From the NCBI GenBank assembly GCA_030584005.1, contig CP129486.1, positions 1,855,933 through 1,919,932 on the forward strand: a DNA stretch of 64,000 nucleotides. Direction: 5' to 3'. Below are positions 1 through 9,068 of the stretch, piece after piece. The position numbers were made by a program, and so were the translations under genes. The DNA is from Bdellovibrionota bacterium (GTDB lineage Bacteria > Bdellovibrionota_C > UBA2361 > JAFLCA01). The stretch's first letter is position 1, and each line of letters opens with the position of its first letter. The notes under the pieces are model-generated. The model saw only the letters and a program-made list of their open reading frames with translations. It was not told where the DNA came from and did no database searches.

Positions 1-95
1 CTTCGGAGTTTGCAAGTGGCTCGCTCGTACTTGCTATCCCGCATCCCGCACGGAATAGCTGCCATGGGTTCGGTTTCATGCCATGCTCGGGTCAG

Positions 96-133
96 AAGTG
101 GTCTCAAGTATACCTCTATGAAACCACTCATAG
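96..133. repeat. Palindromic intergenic unit, family A (AGTGGTTTC-N13/14-GAAACCACT), copy 1
   Basis: agtggtctc-aagtatacctctat-gaaaccactcatag; arms match copies at 731, 10046, 23554 and 62507. Confidence 0.7.
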
Positions 134-150
134 TCATATGAGATAGCATT

Positions 151-735
151 ATGCTTGGATTGCCCCTCGCCCACTGGCTCGTTGTGTTGAGCGCCTTTAT
201 TACCGTTGCCGGCGCGATGGCCTATATTCGCGATACGCTCGCCGGAGCAACGAAGCCCAACCGCATCTCCTGGTCGATGTGGGCAATGGCTCCGCTCATC
301 GGCACCGGTGCAGCCGTTTCTGCCGGCGCGGATCTTTGGGCAACGGTGCGCATTTTTCTGGCTGGATTCCTGCCGCTGCTCGTGTTTATCGCCTCGTTCG
401 TGAATCCACGAAGCTACTGGAAACTTACGACATTCGATCTGTTGTGTGGTGTTTCCTCTGTGATGGCACTGGTATTCTGGCTCTCGATTGATGAGCCAAG
501 GGTGGCGATATTGCTGGCCGCAATTGGGGACGGTTTCGCTTCTATCCCCACTATCGTCAAGGCCTGGAAGTATCCTGAAACTGAAACTGGGGTCACCTAT
601 CTGGCAAGCTTTGTCAGCGCGCTGTTGGTGCTCCCTTCAATCCCCGTGTGGAACGTCGAGAACGCGAGTTTTCAAATCTACCTTCTGATTGCTAACGCGT
701 TGTTGCTGTTTGCAATCTATCGTCCGCGGCTATAA
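151..735 (+). CDS. Uncharacterised multi-pass membrane protein (loosely PQ-loop/SemiSWEET-like)
   Basis: 194 aa, about 6-7 hydrophobic helices, two internally similar halves (KPNRISWSMW / PETETGVTY). Confidence 0.75.
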   Translation: MLGLPLAHWLVVLSAFITVAGAMAYIRDTLAGATKPNRISWSMWAMAPLIGTGAAVSAGADLWATVRIFLAGFLPLLVFIASFVNPRSYWKLTTFDLLCGVSSVMALVFWLSIDEPRVAILLAAIGDGFASIPTIVKAWKYPETETGVTYLASFVSALLVLPSIPVWNVENASFQIYLLIANALLLFAIYRPRL

Positions 736-773
736 AAGTGCTTTCAAAAAGGTAGTTGTGAAACCATTTTTAG
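731..773. repeat. Palindromic unit, family A, copy 2
   Basis: tataaaagtgctttc-aaaaaggtagttgt-gaaaccatttttag; left end overlaps the TAA stop of 151-735. Confidence 0.75.
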
Positions 774-805
774 AGGTACGCTGATCTGATTCAGCATGTC
801 CCTAG
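770..805. repeat. Palindromic unit, family B (YTAG-AGATACGCTGAA-N5-TTCAGCGTA-CCCTAG), copy 1
   Basis: ttagaggtacgctgatctgattcagcatgtccctag; matches 16691, 26770, 28398 and 57972. Confidence 0.75.
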
Positions 806-853
806 CCTCCTGAGTCAATGAATTTGTATATAAGTCGAGTCTCAGGAGGCTAG
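802..853. repeat. CTAG-bounded hairpin unit (family D)
   Basis: Perfect 13-bp inverted repeat ctagcctcctgag / ctcaggaggctag. Confidence 0.7.
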
Positions 854-984
854 CCGGCCATGAATGGCTTGCTCAAACGCCGCGAGGCCTTTGGACGGCC
901 GCAAAGATGGAGTGTCTCGGGGCCCCGTCTTGGCGTGGTCGTTTCGGAAATGGCCATGGACGGCCATTTCCGGATAGGTTCTAG
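850..984 (-). repeat. CTAG-bounded unit, family C (core AAATGGCCGTCCATGGCCATTT), long copy
   Basis: Core cggaaatggccatggacggccatttccg at 945-972 is the reverse complement of the cores at 28361 and 57873; CTAG at 850 and 981. Confidence 0.7.
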
Positions 985-1047
985 TCTGCCGAGCAACCGA
1001 CTGTCGAATGTTGCAATTCATTTCTGACTCGGGAGATTAGGAGCACT

Positions 1048-2157
1048 ATGGCACCCCTCATAATGACTATACTGCGTGTTCAGGCTGCCGTGGTAGGAAG
1101 CGTGATGTTGGCTGTTGCGGCTATAGGGAACACTGAGCCGCTGCGGGTGGGCGCCGTGCTACCTCTCACCGGGGTGACCGCTGATTATGGGGAGACTATT
1201 AAAAACGCCATCATGATGGCGCAGGACGACAGCGTGGTGCTGCGCGAGAAAGTGAAATTTATCTTCGAGGATGCCGGATATGACCCCAAACAGGCGGTAA
1301 GTGCATTCAAGAAGCTGGTACAGGTGGACCGGGTCGATCTGGTGTATGTGTGGGGAGTGGCTTTTTGCAAGGCACTCGCGCCGCTGGCCGAAAGTGCCCG
1401 CGTGCCCATGATTGGTCAATGCATCGATCCGGACGTAGCCCGTGATAGGCGCTACGTCCTGCGCTTCATGAACTACACCGATCAATACCTGCGAGCGACC
1501 GCCCAGTTCTTGGCAGCAAAGGGCGCCAGAAAGTTGGCGGTGGTGATCACCGACAATCCCTATCTTGAGGAGATGCTGGCAGCCCTTGAGAGAAACCTGG
1601 AGCCGGGTCAGACGGTGTCGGTGCTGCAGCGCTACCAATCGAACGAGATGGATCTTCGGTCTGTAGTATCGAGGCTGCGTGGCGGAGAGTTCGACGCAAT
1701 AGGCATCTTCCTTTCCTCCGGTCAAATCGCGGCTTTTCATCGGCAGCTCGCCGAACAGTCGGTCGATATACTTAAGTTTGGCACGAATTACTACGAATCG
1801 CTCTCAGAGGTGAGCGCAGCGGGCGGGGCCATGAACGGCTCCGTCTTTGCCAATAACGCGGTGCAGCCGGAGTTTGTAGAGCGCTATCGCAAACGCTATG
1901 GCGAGGTCACTCAGATTGGATTTGGCGCACTGGCTTTTGAATTTGCGGCGACTCTCGGACGCCTGTTGGAACACTCTTCAACAGCCTTCGAGAGCGGAGC
2001 AGCAGTGCTCAATGCGATCGAGCGCATGCCTGTTGCCCGAGGGACTGCCGCTGGTCCATACCATTTTGAGAACGATCCGGCAGTTGGTCGTTACATACAC
2101 TTTCCGATAGTGATGAAAGAGATTCATGGTCATGAGTTTCGGATTGCGGCGAGGTAA
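1048..2157 (+). CDS. ABC transporter substrate-binding protein, LivJ/branched-chain amino acid type
   Basis: Signal peptide, then LRVGAVLPLTG...G..IKNAIMMA and FIFEDAGYDPKQAVSAFKKLV; periplasmic binding protein type I pattern. Confidence 0.85.
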   Translation: MAPLIMTILRVQAAVVGSVMLAVAAIGNTEPLRVGAVLPLTGVTADYGETIKNAIMMAQDDSVVLREKVKFIFEDAGYDPKQAVSAFKKLVQVDRVDLVYVWGVAFCKALAPLAESARVPMIGQCIDPDVARDRRYVLRFMNYTDQYLRATAQFLAAKGARKLAVVITDNPYLEEMLAALERNLEPGQTVSVLQRYQSNEMDLRSVVSRLRGGEFDAIGIFLSSGQIAAFHRQLAEQSVDILKFGTNYYESLSEVSAAGGAMNGSVFANNAVQPEFVERYRKRYGEVTQIGFGALAFEFAATLGRLLEHSSTAFESGAAVLNAIERMPVARGTAAGPYHFENDPAVGRYIHFPIVMKEIHGHEFRIAAR

Positions 2158-2212
2158 GAGCTAGACGACAAGACCTGCGCCAGAGTGAGCGGCCGCCATT
2201 TCGGGGCAACGC

Positions 2213-2950
2213 TTATTCCCCAATAAAGAACGTCTCTAGGCACACTTCGGCCGACGAAATTGTCTGCCGGGCGGTTGAATAGTCGCACACGTAGTAGAGC
2301 TCATGGGAGTCGCCAAGCACCATCTTCTCTCCGACCAGATAGACGATACGCCATAGATCGCTTGACTCGGGCTGATCGGGATGGTCAATCGGAATGGCGG
2401 CATGGAGCTGCGAGAAGGTAAGCGGACAGTGCATCTGTTGAGCATCACAGAAGTCGCGAACCCTGCCCTCTTCTACGCGCAGCAGATTCTGACAGGCACT
2501 AAGCGCACCAGACCGCGGGTCGCTGAGGGAGGGCACGGTTCTATAGTTTTTAAGGTGAAAAACGGGCACCCAGTCCTGATCGAGCGCAAAGTGGCCCTCG
2601 GCGAGCAGAATGCTCTTGTCGGGTTGGGATTCAATGGGAGCACTCAAATCGGCATCAAAGTGTACGACGAATTCTGGCTCCGACTCAGCGGTGCGCCTCA
2701 AGTACAACACCTGTCCGAAGAGCCTTAGGTGTGGTCCGGGCCGGAATGCAGTGCCTACGCGGTATTCGCCGACAAGGCGCATCGTTTCCTGCAAAAGTGG
2801 GGCTTCGGGATGAGGTGCATGAGTCTCTTTGCGGCACACGTTGCCAATCGATGCGATCTCCCCAACGGAACCCCCGAACCGGCTGAACCACATAATGGCG
2901 GCTATTATCAGAAAGCCCAAGGCTCCCCATACCAGTTTGGGTACCCTCAT
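2213..2950 (-). CDS. Hypothetical protein with N-terminal membrane anchor
   Basis: 245 aa; hydrophobic LVWGALGFLIIAAIMWF, then soluble domain; fills the gap between neighbours. Confidence 0.6.
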   Translation of the reverse strand: MRVPKLVWGALGFLIIAAIMWFSRFGGSVGEIASIGNVCRKETHAPHPEAPLLQETMRLVGEYRVGTAFRPGPHLRLFGQVLYLRRTAESEPEFVVHFDADLSAPIESQPDKSILLAEGHFALDQDWVPVFHLKNYRTVPSLSDPRSGALSACQNLLRVEEGRVRDFCDAQQMHCPLTFSQLHAAIPIDHPDQPESSDLWRIVYLVGEKMVLGDSHELYYVCDYSTARQTISSAEVCLETFFIGE

Positions 2951-2979
2951 GTTCCTCCAAGGCGAACGTCAGCAGCTAC

Positions 2980-4734
2980 CTACGGGAAATCGAGCATGGC
3001 CTGTTCACCCGTAGAGCTTCGACGCTCTACCGTAAATGAATGATTCCTCAGATCCGCCTTTAGGATGGCCTCATCCGATCCCTTCCGCCAGTGCAATTCG
3101 AGTCGATGATCGACTGGTGACCGTACCTCTAGATCTCCATCAAAGGCGGGCGAGGAGTTGCGCAATTTGATTAATGCAAGCTGCTGTAATACGACTGAAC
3201 GGGTAAGCCCCTCCTCAATGTCTTTGAGCGAAAGAGTCGTTCTGTTTATCTCCTTGTGTCCGGCGGCACCACCCCGATCTGCGGCTTCATAGTCGTTCTT
3301 TCCGGCAAATAGATCGAGGTACCATACCTGAGGTATGCCCGGCATGAAGAGGTGCAAGGCTCTCGCCAGCAAGAGCTTGCGTTCGTCTTCACCGAGCGCA
3401 CTGAAAAACGTTGCATTGACCTGATAGTAAGCAATCTTGCGGCCATCGGGACCGTAGAGATTCTTGACCCGTCCGCCGCGTGCGAGGATGCGCTCTACTA
3501 TTCCATCAATCTCTTCCTCACTCAGGAGCGCTTTCTCTTCGGGGGTGCCTTGGCCGCGTCCTTTAAGGTCGAGTACTGGGATGCCGTCGTGGCATCCGAG
3601 CATGGTGATTGTCTGCATCTTGCGCTGCTGTACTTCGGCAATCCACTTGCGTAGAGCCCGCGAGGTGCCCCGATCGAGCGCGTCAATTACTAAACCTGGG
3701 AAGAAAAAGTCATAGATAGGATAGCCCTCTCCTGCCACCTCTTCATGCAGCTTTACGCCGTACTCGCAATGGATCTCCGGCAGCAGAACCAAGTCATACT
3801 TTGAAGCGAGGTCTCTCAGTCGGGAGAGGTAGTGCCAGGTCTCCGGCTTGTTGAAGAAATTGGTCTTGCCGGGTTCCTTGTGAAGGTAGGCAAACGCATC
3901 GAGCCGAACAAGAGTGGCGCCATATTCCTTGAGCTTCCGAAAGGTGTCTTCATAGAACTGCCACACCTTTTCCGAACGGGCGTTCAGATCCATCTGGCCC
4001 AGATAGGTACGCTTCCGTTCAACCACCGACATCACGCGCTCTCGCAGCGCGGCGGGTAGCTCAACGACAACACTGCGGAGATCCTGCTTGGCAACGATCG
4101 CAGCATTAATCTTGTTCACGACGTTCTCGGCACCGCTTGGGCTCAATCCATCAATCGAAGCCAGGTCCCCCAGGGAAATTGGGTGATAATCGACCTGCTG
4201 ATAGAAGGTATTCCAGTAGGGGCGCTCAGAACCATCGGGAAAGCGAACTTTGAGGATTGGCAGTCCAGGCTTGCGCATGAAGAGCTTCTGAAGATGCTCT
4301 GGCTTTGGGACGATGAATCCCTCAGATCCCATCTCCCCGTGGCCTCTCCAGAACTCGTTCCAGTCAATGAAGAAGTCCTTGTACTCAGAGGCATCTCCGC
4401 GGCTCAGCATATCCTGGAATTGCGGAGAGCCGACCGAAAGGTGATTAAGAACTAGATCAAACTTCAACAATATGCCGAGCTCTTTGAGCGCCTTCAGATC
4501 CTCCCGACTGACGAGGGCGTCGTTAAGGTTGTAATCTATGATGGAGAATCCCCTATCCAGATCACTGTTGAAGAACGTCGGGAGTATATAAAAGAGCGAG
4601 AATGCTCCCCGTAGCTCGGGTCGTCTCAGCATCTGCACTGTATCGGCGAGCCGATTTCCGATACTATCGGGGTAGGCATTAAGCATTACCCCCTTGATAC
4701 AATTAGCCACCGTTAGCCCTCCCCGGTTGTCCAC
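2980..4734 (-). CDS. GH13_18 sucrose-phosphorylase-family enzyme, probably glucosylglycerol phosphorylase-like
   Basis: GVMLNAYPDSIG, NSDLDRGFS, DLVLNHLS, RLDAFAY (nucleophile), EIH (acid/base), CHDGIP, YYQVNATFFSAL. Confidence 0.85.
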   Translation of the reverse strand: MDNRGGLTVANCIKGVMLNAYPDSIGNRLADTVQMLRRPELRGAFSLFYILPTFFNSDLDRGFSIIDYNLNDALVSREDLKALKELGILLKFDLVLNHLSVGSPQFQDMLSRGDASEYKDFFIDWNEFWRGHGEMGSEGFIVPKPEHLQKLFMRKPGLPILKVRFPDGSERPYWNTFYQQVDYHPISLGDLASIDGLSPSGAENVVNKINAAIVAKQDLRSVVVELPAALRERVMSVVERKRTYLGQMDLNARSEKVWQFYEDTFRKLKEYGATLVRLDAFAYLHKEPGKTNFFNKPETWHYLSRLRDLASKYDLVLLPEIHCEYGVKLHEEVAGEGYPIYDFFFPGLVIDALDRGTSRALRKWIAEVQQRKMQTITMLGCHDGIPVLDLKGRGQGTPEEKALLSEEEIDGIVERILARGGRVKNLYGPDGRKIAYYQVNATFFSALGEDERKLLLARALHLFMPGIPQVWYLDLFAGKNDYEAADRGGAAGHKEINRTTLSLKDIEEGLTRSVVLQQLALIKLRNSSPAFDGDLEVRSPVDHRLELHWRKGSDEAILKADLRNHSFTVERRSSTGEQAMLDFP

Positions 4735-4864
4735 ATCTTTTTTTACTATGTACCGTCTTGGCGGCCGTCATTTAACCCCACAAGAACGCGGGAAATCAAC
4801 CGGTAGACTGAATTGCCGGGGGACGACGCACAGAGGGGCGAGGATGAGTAAGATTAGTGTATGT

Positions 4865-6658
4865 CTAATTACGAGTTGAGCCGCTTGCGTTCCTGACTGC
4901 TTGACCTATGAACCCTCGCAGCTGTTCGGTTTCATCCGCATTTCGTTCCTTCAAAAACTGATCAAGGGAATCTGTAATCCTGGAGCCGATGCTGATAAAC
5001 CGTGTTGTCGGCCATAGCCCCAGGAGCCCTTCCTCGGACTTGAGCAGCAGTTGACGGCAGCGGCGCCCAATCTGCACCACCGAGCTGCGCGGGTTTGTCA
5101 GTGCAAGTAAGAGACCTGCTGCCATCTGATCGATCGGCTCTTGGTACTCTATAGCCTGCCTTAATTCCTGATCGAACTCTCCCCTGCAAATAGCCCCAAT
5201 CGTCCGGCGGCTTTCCTGCGCTGCCCGTTTACCCTCTTCCTGTTGCTTGTGCGCATGGCTCGTGAGCAGCGCTGCGCACCGCCTATAAACCTCACCCAAT
5301 AGTCGATTAGTGCCAGCACTGAGCCCAACCGCGCGGCGCTTTTCTGTACGGATCGATTCTAGTGCCCTGCTCAACTGCAGGAGGCCTAGCTCACCGGGCA
5401 TCGGCGCCTCCAGTATCTTGTTAATTCGTCTAAGCAACGGAGCTAGGGAGTCATCCGATGGATGAGAGGCCAGTTCCCGGGCTAGAGATATCAGTGAATC
5501 AGGAGATACGACCAACTCGCGTGTGCGGGAGGGTGCGGCGTCGGGAGCATCGCCTTCGACATCGAAATAGTCACTGTCAATGAGTGCCTCATCAGGCCGG
5601 GTCGCGGAGTCTATACCCTCTGGCTCGATTGCAATCGCGGGCAGAGTCGCCTCGTGGAGGGCGTTTCTGAAGGCCAATGCTGCTCCTTGTGAGCGCTCTG
5701 TGCCAACGAGCAGTGTCAGGATACGCTCAGAAAATTTGCGTGCATCCCGTTCACAAAGGCTTTCACCGTAATAGAAGTCGTAGGTGCGTACCGGCATCTC
5801 AACTTCCTGGAGGTGCAAGGCGAGCTGCTGCTGAGATAGGAGTGAAAGTCTTAAGAGTATCGCGTCGGGATCCCCTGCAAATTCGTGGCAGGCCAGTAAG
5901 GCGCTTTGTACTCCGTGGCGCGCTTCGTGCAGCAAAACGCGGGTGGCCTCAATCGGATGGTCATCCCAGCTTAGAGTATCGCTAGGGAGTCTGTGAATCC
6001 GCACGACCGGCGTAGTGGAGTCGCCGGCGAAGCTCCCTCTAATCACATGGGTTGTGCCGTCTAGCGGCTCTCCGCCTTTCAGTGCGGCGGCTTTAATTCC
6101 GTAGGCTCTTGCCACTTGAGCTACGATATCTTTGCCGTCTACTCCGGGTACTCCGGGAGTTTTGTCTAGCACCGGCAGTAATCCAAGTTCGTCGAGCGCA
6201 GTGGCAGTCCTGCCCATGCGTGCCTCATCATGCTGCCTGAATTGAGCTGAAAGGTTCACTGAGGTGTCGAATTTCCAGTAGGCTATTCTCTGCAGGACCG
6301 TGTCACTGGCAAGCTCTACCAGCCGGTGCAAAGGCGAGGCCATCTGCTGAAAGGGCAGGGTTAGGGCATGGGTATCGGCGGCGGTGATGAGAAAACTGAA
6401 AAACTGCTCGGCATTCTTGAGGTAACTGCCGGCAAACTGCGGCAAACTAATATTACCGAGTCGTCTGTTGAGCTGATCGAGCACAGCAGGAACCACCTGA
6501 TCGATGAAGACCCTGCGGTTTTCTATGATAGCAGCGTTGAGCGCCGAAAGCTGCGCGGCACAATCATGTGGTTGGCAGTCCAGCGCATCAACGACCGCCT
6601 TGACGGTTCGCATGCGGTAGGACTCGGTACTTGTTGGTGTGGACTCAGGAGTAGGCAT
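4865..6658 (-). CDS. Hypothetical protein with HExxH zinc-metallopeptidase motif
   Basis: 597 aa; VLLHEARHGVQ followed by ESLCERDA (possible third ligand Glu). Confidence 0.6.
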   Translation of the reverse strand: MPTPESTPTSTESYRMRTVKAVVDALDCQPHDCAAQLSALNAAIIENRRVFIDQVVPAVLDQLNRRLGNISLPQFAGSYLKNAEQFFSFLITAADTHALTLPFQQMASPLHRLVELASDTVLQRIAYWKFDTSVNLSAQFRQHDEARMGRTATALDELGLLPVLDKTPGVPGVDGKDIVAQVARAYGIKAAALKGGEPLDGTTHVIRGSFAGDSTTPVVRIHRLPSDTLSWDDHPIEATRVLLHEARHGVQSALLACHEFAGDPDAILLRLSLLSQQQLALHLQEVEMPVRTYDFYYGESLCERDARKFSERILTLLVGTERSQGAALAFRNALHEATLPAIAIEPEGIDSATRPDEALIDSDYFDVEGDAPDAAPSRTRELVVSPDSLISLARELASHPSDDSLAPLLRRINKILEAPMPGELGLLQLSRALESIRTEKRRAVGLSAGTNRLLGEVYRRCAALLTSHAHKQQEEGKRAAQESRRTIGAICRGEFDQELRQAIEYQEPIDQMAAGLLLALTNPRSSVVQIGRRCRQLLLKSEEGLLGLWPTTRFISIGSRITDSLDQFLKERNADETEQLRGFIGQAVRNASGSTRN

Positions 6659-6754
6659 AGTCTAGCGACAGCGGGTCAATGAAAGTGTTCCTCAGTTAAT
6701 CGCAGCCACTGCTGGTTATGAGGAAACGACGAGAACATGTTGCAGGAGCCCCGT

Positions 6755-8734
6755 TTACCTGACATGCGACAGTACCTGGTTGATGGCTTGAGAAATTGTG
6801 GCTTGATCCACGGCATCCACACAGCCAAGTTGAGACCTTACGGCACGAAGCCTTACCTCAATCGCCGAAACATCTGCTTTCGTGAGCCGTTCAACATCAA
6901 GGTGCGAGAGAAATCGAAAGGCTGGCTCCAGCAGGTCCCTCGATCTGAGCCCGCCCTCAATCACCGAGAGAGCAAAGTTGACGGCCTGTCCGCCATCGGC
7001 ACGAGCAAAGCGCTCTCGGAGAATTTGATCAATGGATTCAGCTGTAAGTGCCCTAAAGGGGGCGTTTGCGACCATGACGGTTTTGGGAAAGGAGGGCTCG
7101 TTGCATTCAATCAACCATTCTGAGAACGCCCGGGCCAAGGGTGCTTTGGTATTCCCTTCCGTCGCTGCGCTTCTGATGGCGGTAAGACCTATTGAGACCA
7201 TATCGCGGAGTCTGCCTTTGGCCGGATTGCTCCGACTGCTGAACAGCCAGCGATTGGCATCTCTATCGTGGGGTCCGAGGAGTAACGCCGCGTATGTTTG
7301 TGGGGGTAACCCTAAGCCTAAAAAGTCTTCAAGACGCATTACTCGCCTAAGGGCCGCCCTCGCGTCCGGTCGCTCGGATACTCCGATCGCCACGCATGCC
7401 AGAGAAATACGTGCAACAAGCTGCGACGAGGAGGCCTGGAGATCAATGGGATCACGAAACAGTGATCTCACAGACCTAGCGATTCTTGCCCCGATGGTGG
7501 TAAGGGGACGCAGATTCGCAATTGCTGAATCAACGGCGCCCGCATCTGCCTCACGTTCGTACGCCTCGCGCAAACTGGCTACTACCTTTGCAGGAAGCGA
7601 TTTATCGGCCAAAAGCGAGTTGAGAAATGCTCGGTCGGCCGCCGCCCCTTTGAACTGGGCCAAGAACACGTCAAGTGCCTCGGATCTTGCTTGTTCGGAT
7701 CGCGTTCCATCTTTAACTATCCTTGTAGCCGGCTCACGAACGTCTGGGTACTCGCGTAGATCCAATAACAGGCGCGCCGCCGTAGGATCGATCGCAAAAG
7801 CATTCTGGCAGGCCCTTTGTGAATCCGGATCAGGTGAATGTGCGAGAAGGGAGAATACCTCCCCTGCTGCGTTGGAGCGAACCCCCAGCAGCTCCCGCAG
7901 AGCTTGTTCCCGTTGCGGGTTAAGGTGTGCCCGCAGTGTCTGCAATGCGTCTGACTTTATCCTGACGTCTGATCCCACGTCGAGTAACGGTTCCAGGTCG
8001 TCGTCCCTTGCATACATAGAACATTTAAGAAGGAGCGGACGACGAACAAGGTGCTCTACGCATGCGAGGAACTCCGCGTCGGAAAGCTCGGCTCGTGGCT
8101 GCACCGCGGGAGCGCGCGCATTATATTGCGGAAGGAGGGATGGCCTGGCGAGGATGATAGCGAGGCAGATATCGCCAATCACCTGTTGCTCTTCTACGGA
8201 ACCGAGAGGATGGTTAAGGACAGACAGGGCGAGCTTCCTGGAGGCCGACCCTTGATCGACAAACAGAGCGCAAAGCGCCGTCGCTCGGGTCTGGAAGGTG
8301 TCGCCAGCTTCCGCTTGCTGAGACAAGAATGCGAGTGCCGCAGAGAAGTCTCTTACGACCATTCCAGTGGCAACAGCGAGCTGCTTGCCATTAACAATCA
8401 GGCCATCTTTGGTATGCGGGTAACGACCCAGTTCGACAAACGCCTGTTCCAGCAAGTCACCTGCTTGTTGGTATGGCGAGGCGAGAAGAAATCTCAGCGC
8501 TTCAGTAAACACCGTAGCTTGCGCTGCTTCCCGCAGGTCAAGGGGCGGGGCGAGCCCCACTACTAGTGTCTTGGCCGCTTGTGCGCGAGCTTCTTCCCCA
8601 AGCTCTGCGTTACGCATTCTGTGCAGTTCGACATGCCACCCAACACTAAGCGGTATCCCAGTGAGAGGGTTCTCGGGGCGTGCAGATCCTCTTGGTGACA
8701 GTCGTTCGTCAAATGGACTTGTGCCGGAACCCAT
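6755..8734 (-). CDS. Hypothetical all-helical orphan protein
   Basis: 659-aa ORF with ATG start, Ala/Leu/Arg-rich helical composition, co-oriented with 4865-6658. Confidence 0.6.
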   Translation of the reverse strand: MGSGTSPFDERLSPRGSARPENPLTGIPLSVGWHVELHRMRNAELGEEARAQAAKTLVVGLAPPLDLREAAQATVFTEALRFLLASPYQQAGDLLEQAFVELGRYPHTKDGLIVNGKQLAVATGMVVRDFSAALAFLSQQAEAGDTFQTRATALCALFVDQGSASRKLALSVLNHPLGSVEEQQVIGDICLAIILARPSLLPQYNARAPAVQPRAELSDAEFLACVEHLVRRPLLLKCSMYARDDDLEPLLDVGSDVRIKSDALQTLRAHLNPQREQALRELLGVRSNAAGEVFSLLAHSPDPDSQRACQNAFAIDPTAARLLLDLREYPDVREPATRIVKDGTRSEQARSEALDVFLAQFKGAAADRAFLNSLLADKSLPAKVVASLREAYEREADAGAVDSAIANLRPLTTIGARIARSVRSLFRDPIDLQASSSQLVARISLACVAIGVSERPDARAALRRVMRLEDFLGLGLPPQTYAALLLGPHDRDANRWLFSSRSNPAKGRLRDMVSIGLTAIRSAATEGNTKAPLARAFSEWLIECNEPSFPKTVMVANAPFRALTAESIDQILRERFARADGGQAVNFALSVIEGGLRSRDLLEPAFRFLSHLDVERLTKADVSAIEVRLRAVRSQLGCVDAVDQATISQAINQVLSHVR

Positions 8735-9068
8735 AGCTATAAAGAGTTAGTCTTCTCTGTGTGTTATGCCCTGAGTCAATTCGAGCGAAACGGGTTCAGA
8801 AGAATAATTACTCTAGTATTGTTAACATGTTGGAAGGGGCTCTGGGGCTATTGGCTTGGATTGACCGCCAACACGGCGTGGGAGGGTATTGTGCATTACA
8901 AGAAATACTTTGGTTACGGCCTCTACGTGCAATGATGGGTCAAGGAGCAGCTCGATCGCTGAGTGTAACTTCCCTTCTAGTAGGCTGACCGACGCCATTC
9001 TCTACTCGCTCATCGCAGCTTCGAACCACCTTTAGCGGCCTCCTCGAACCTAGTCAGAGCCAAAACAA

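Noticed and set aside
731-984. CRISPR array or integron attC sites
   Set aside because: The units are dispersed, not regularly spaced with unique spacers; there are no RYYYAAC/GTTRRRY ends and no cas or intI genes
6686-6726. Hairpin ttcctca..tgaggaa between two orphan genes
   Set aside because: Short 7-bp stem with no U-tract, single copy
7032-8255. 407-aa plus-strand ORF
   Set aside because: Antisense shadow of 6755-8734 with Ser/Ala/Arg-biased, non-protein-like composition
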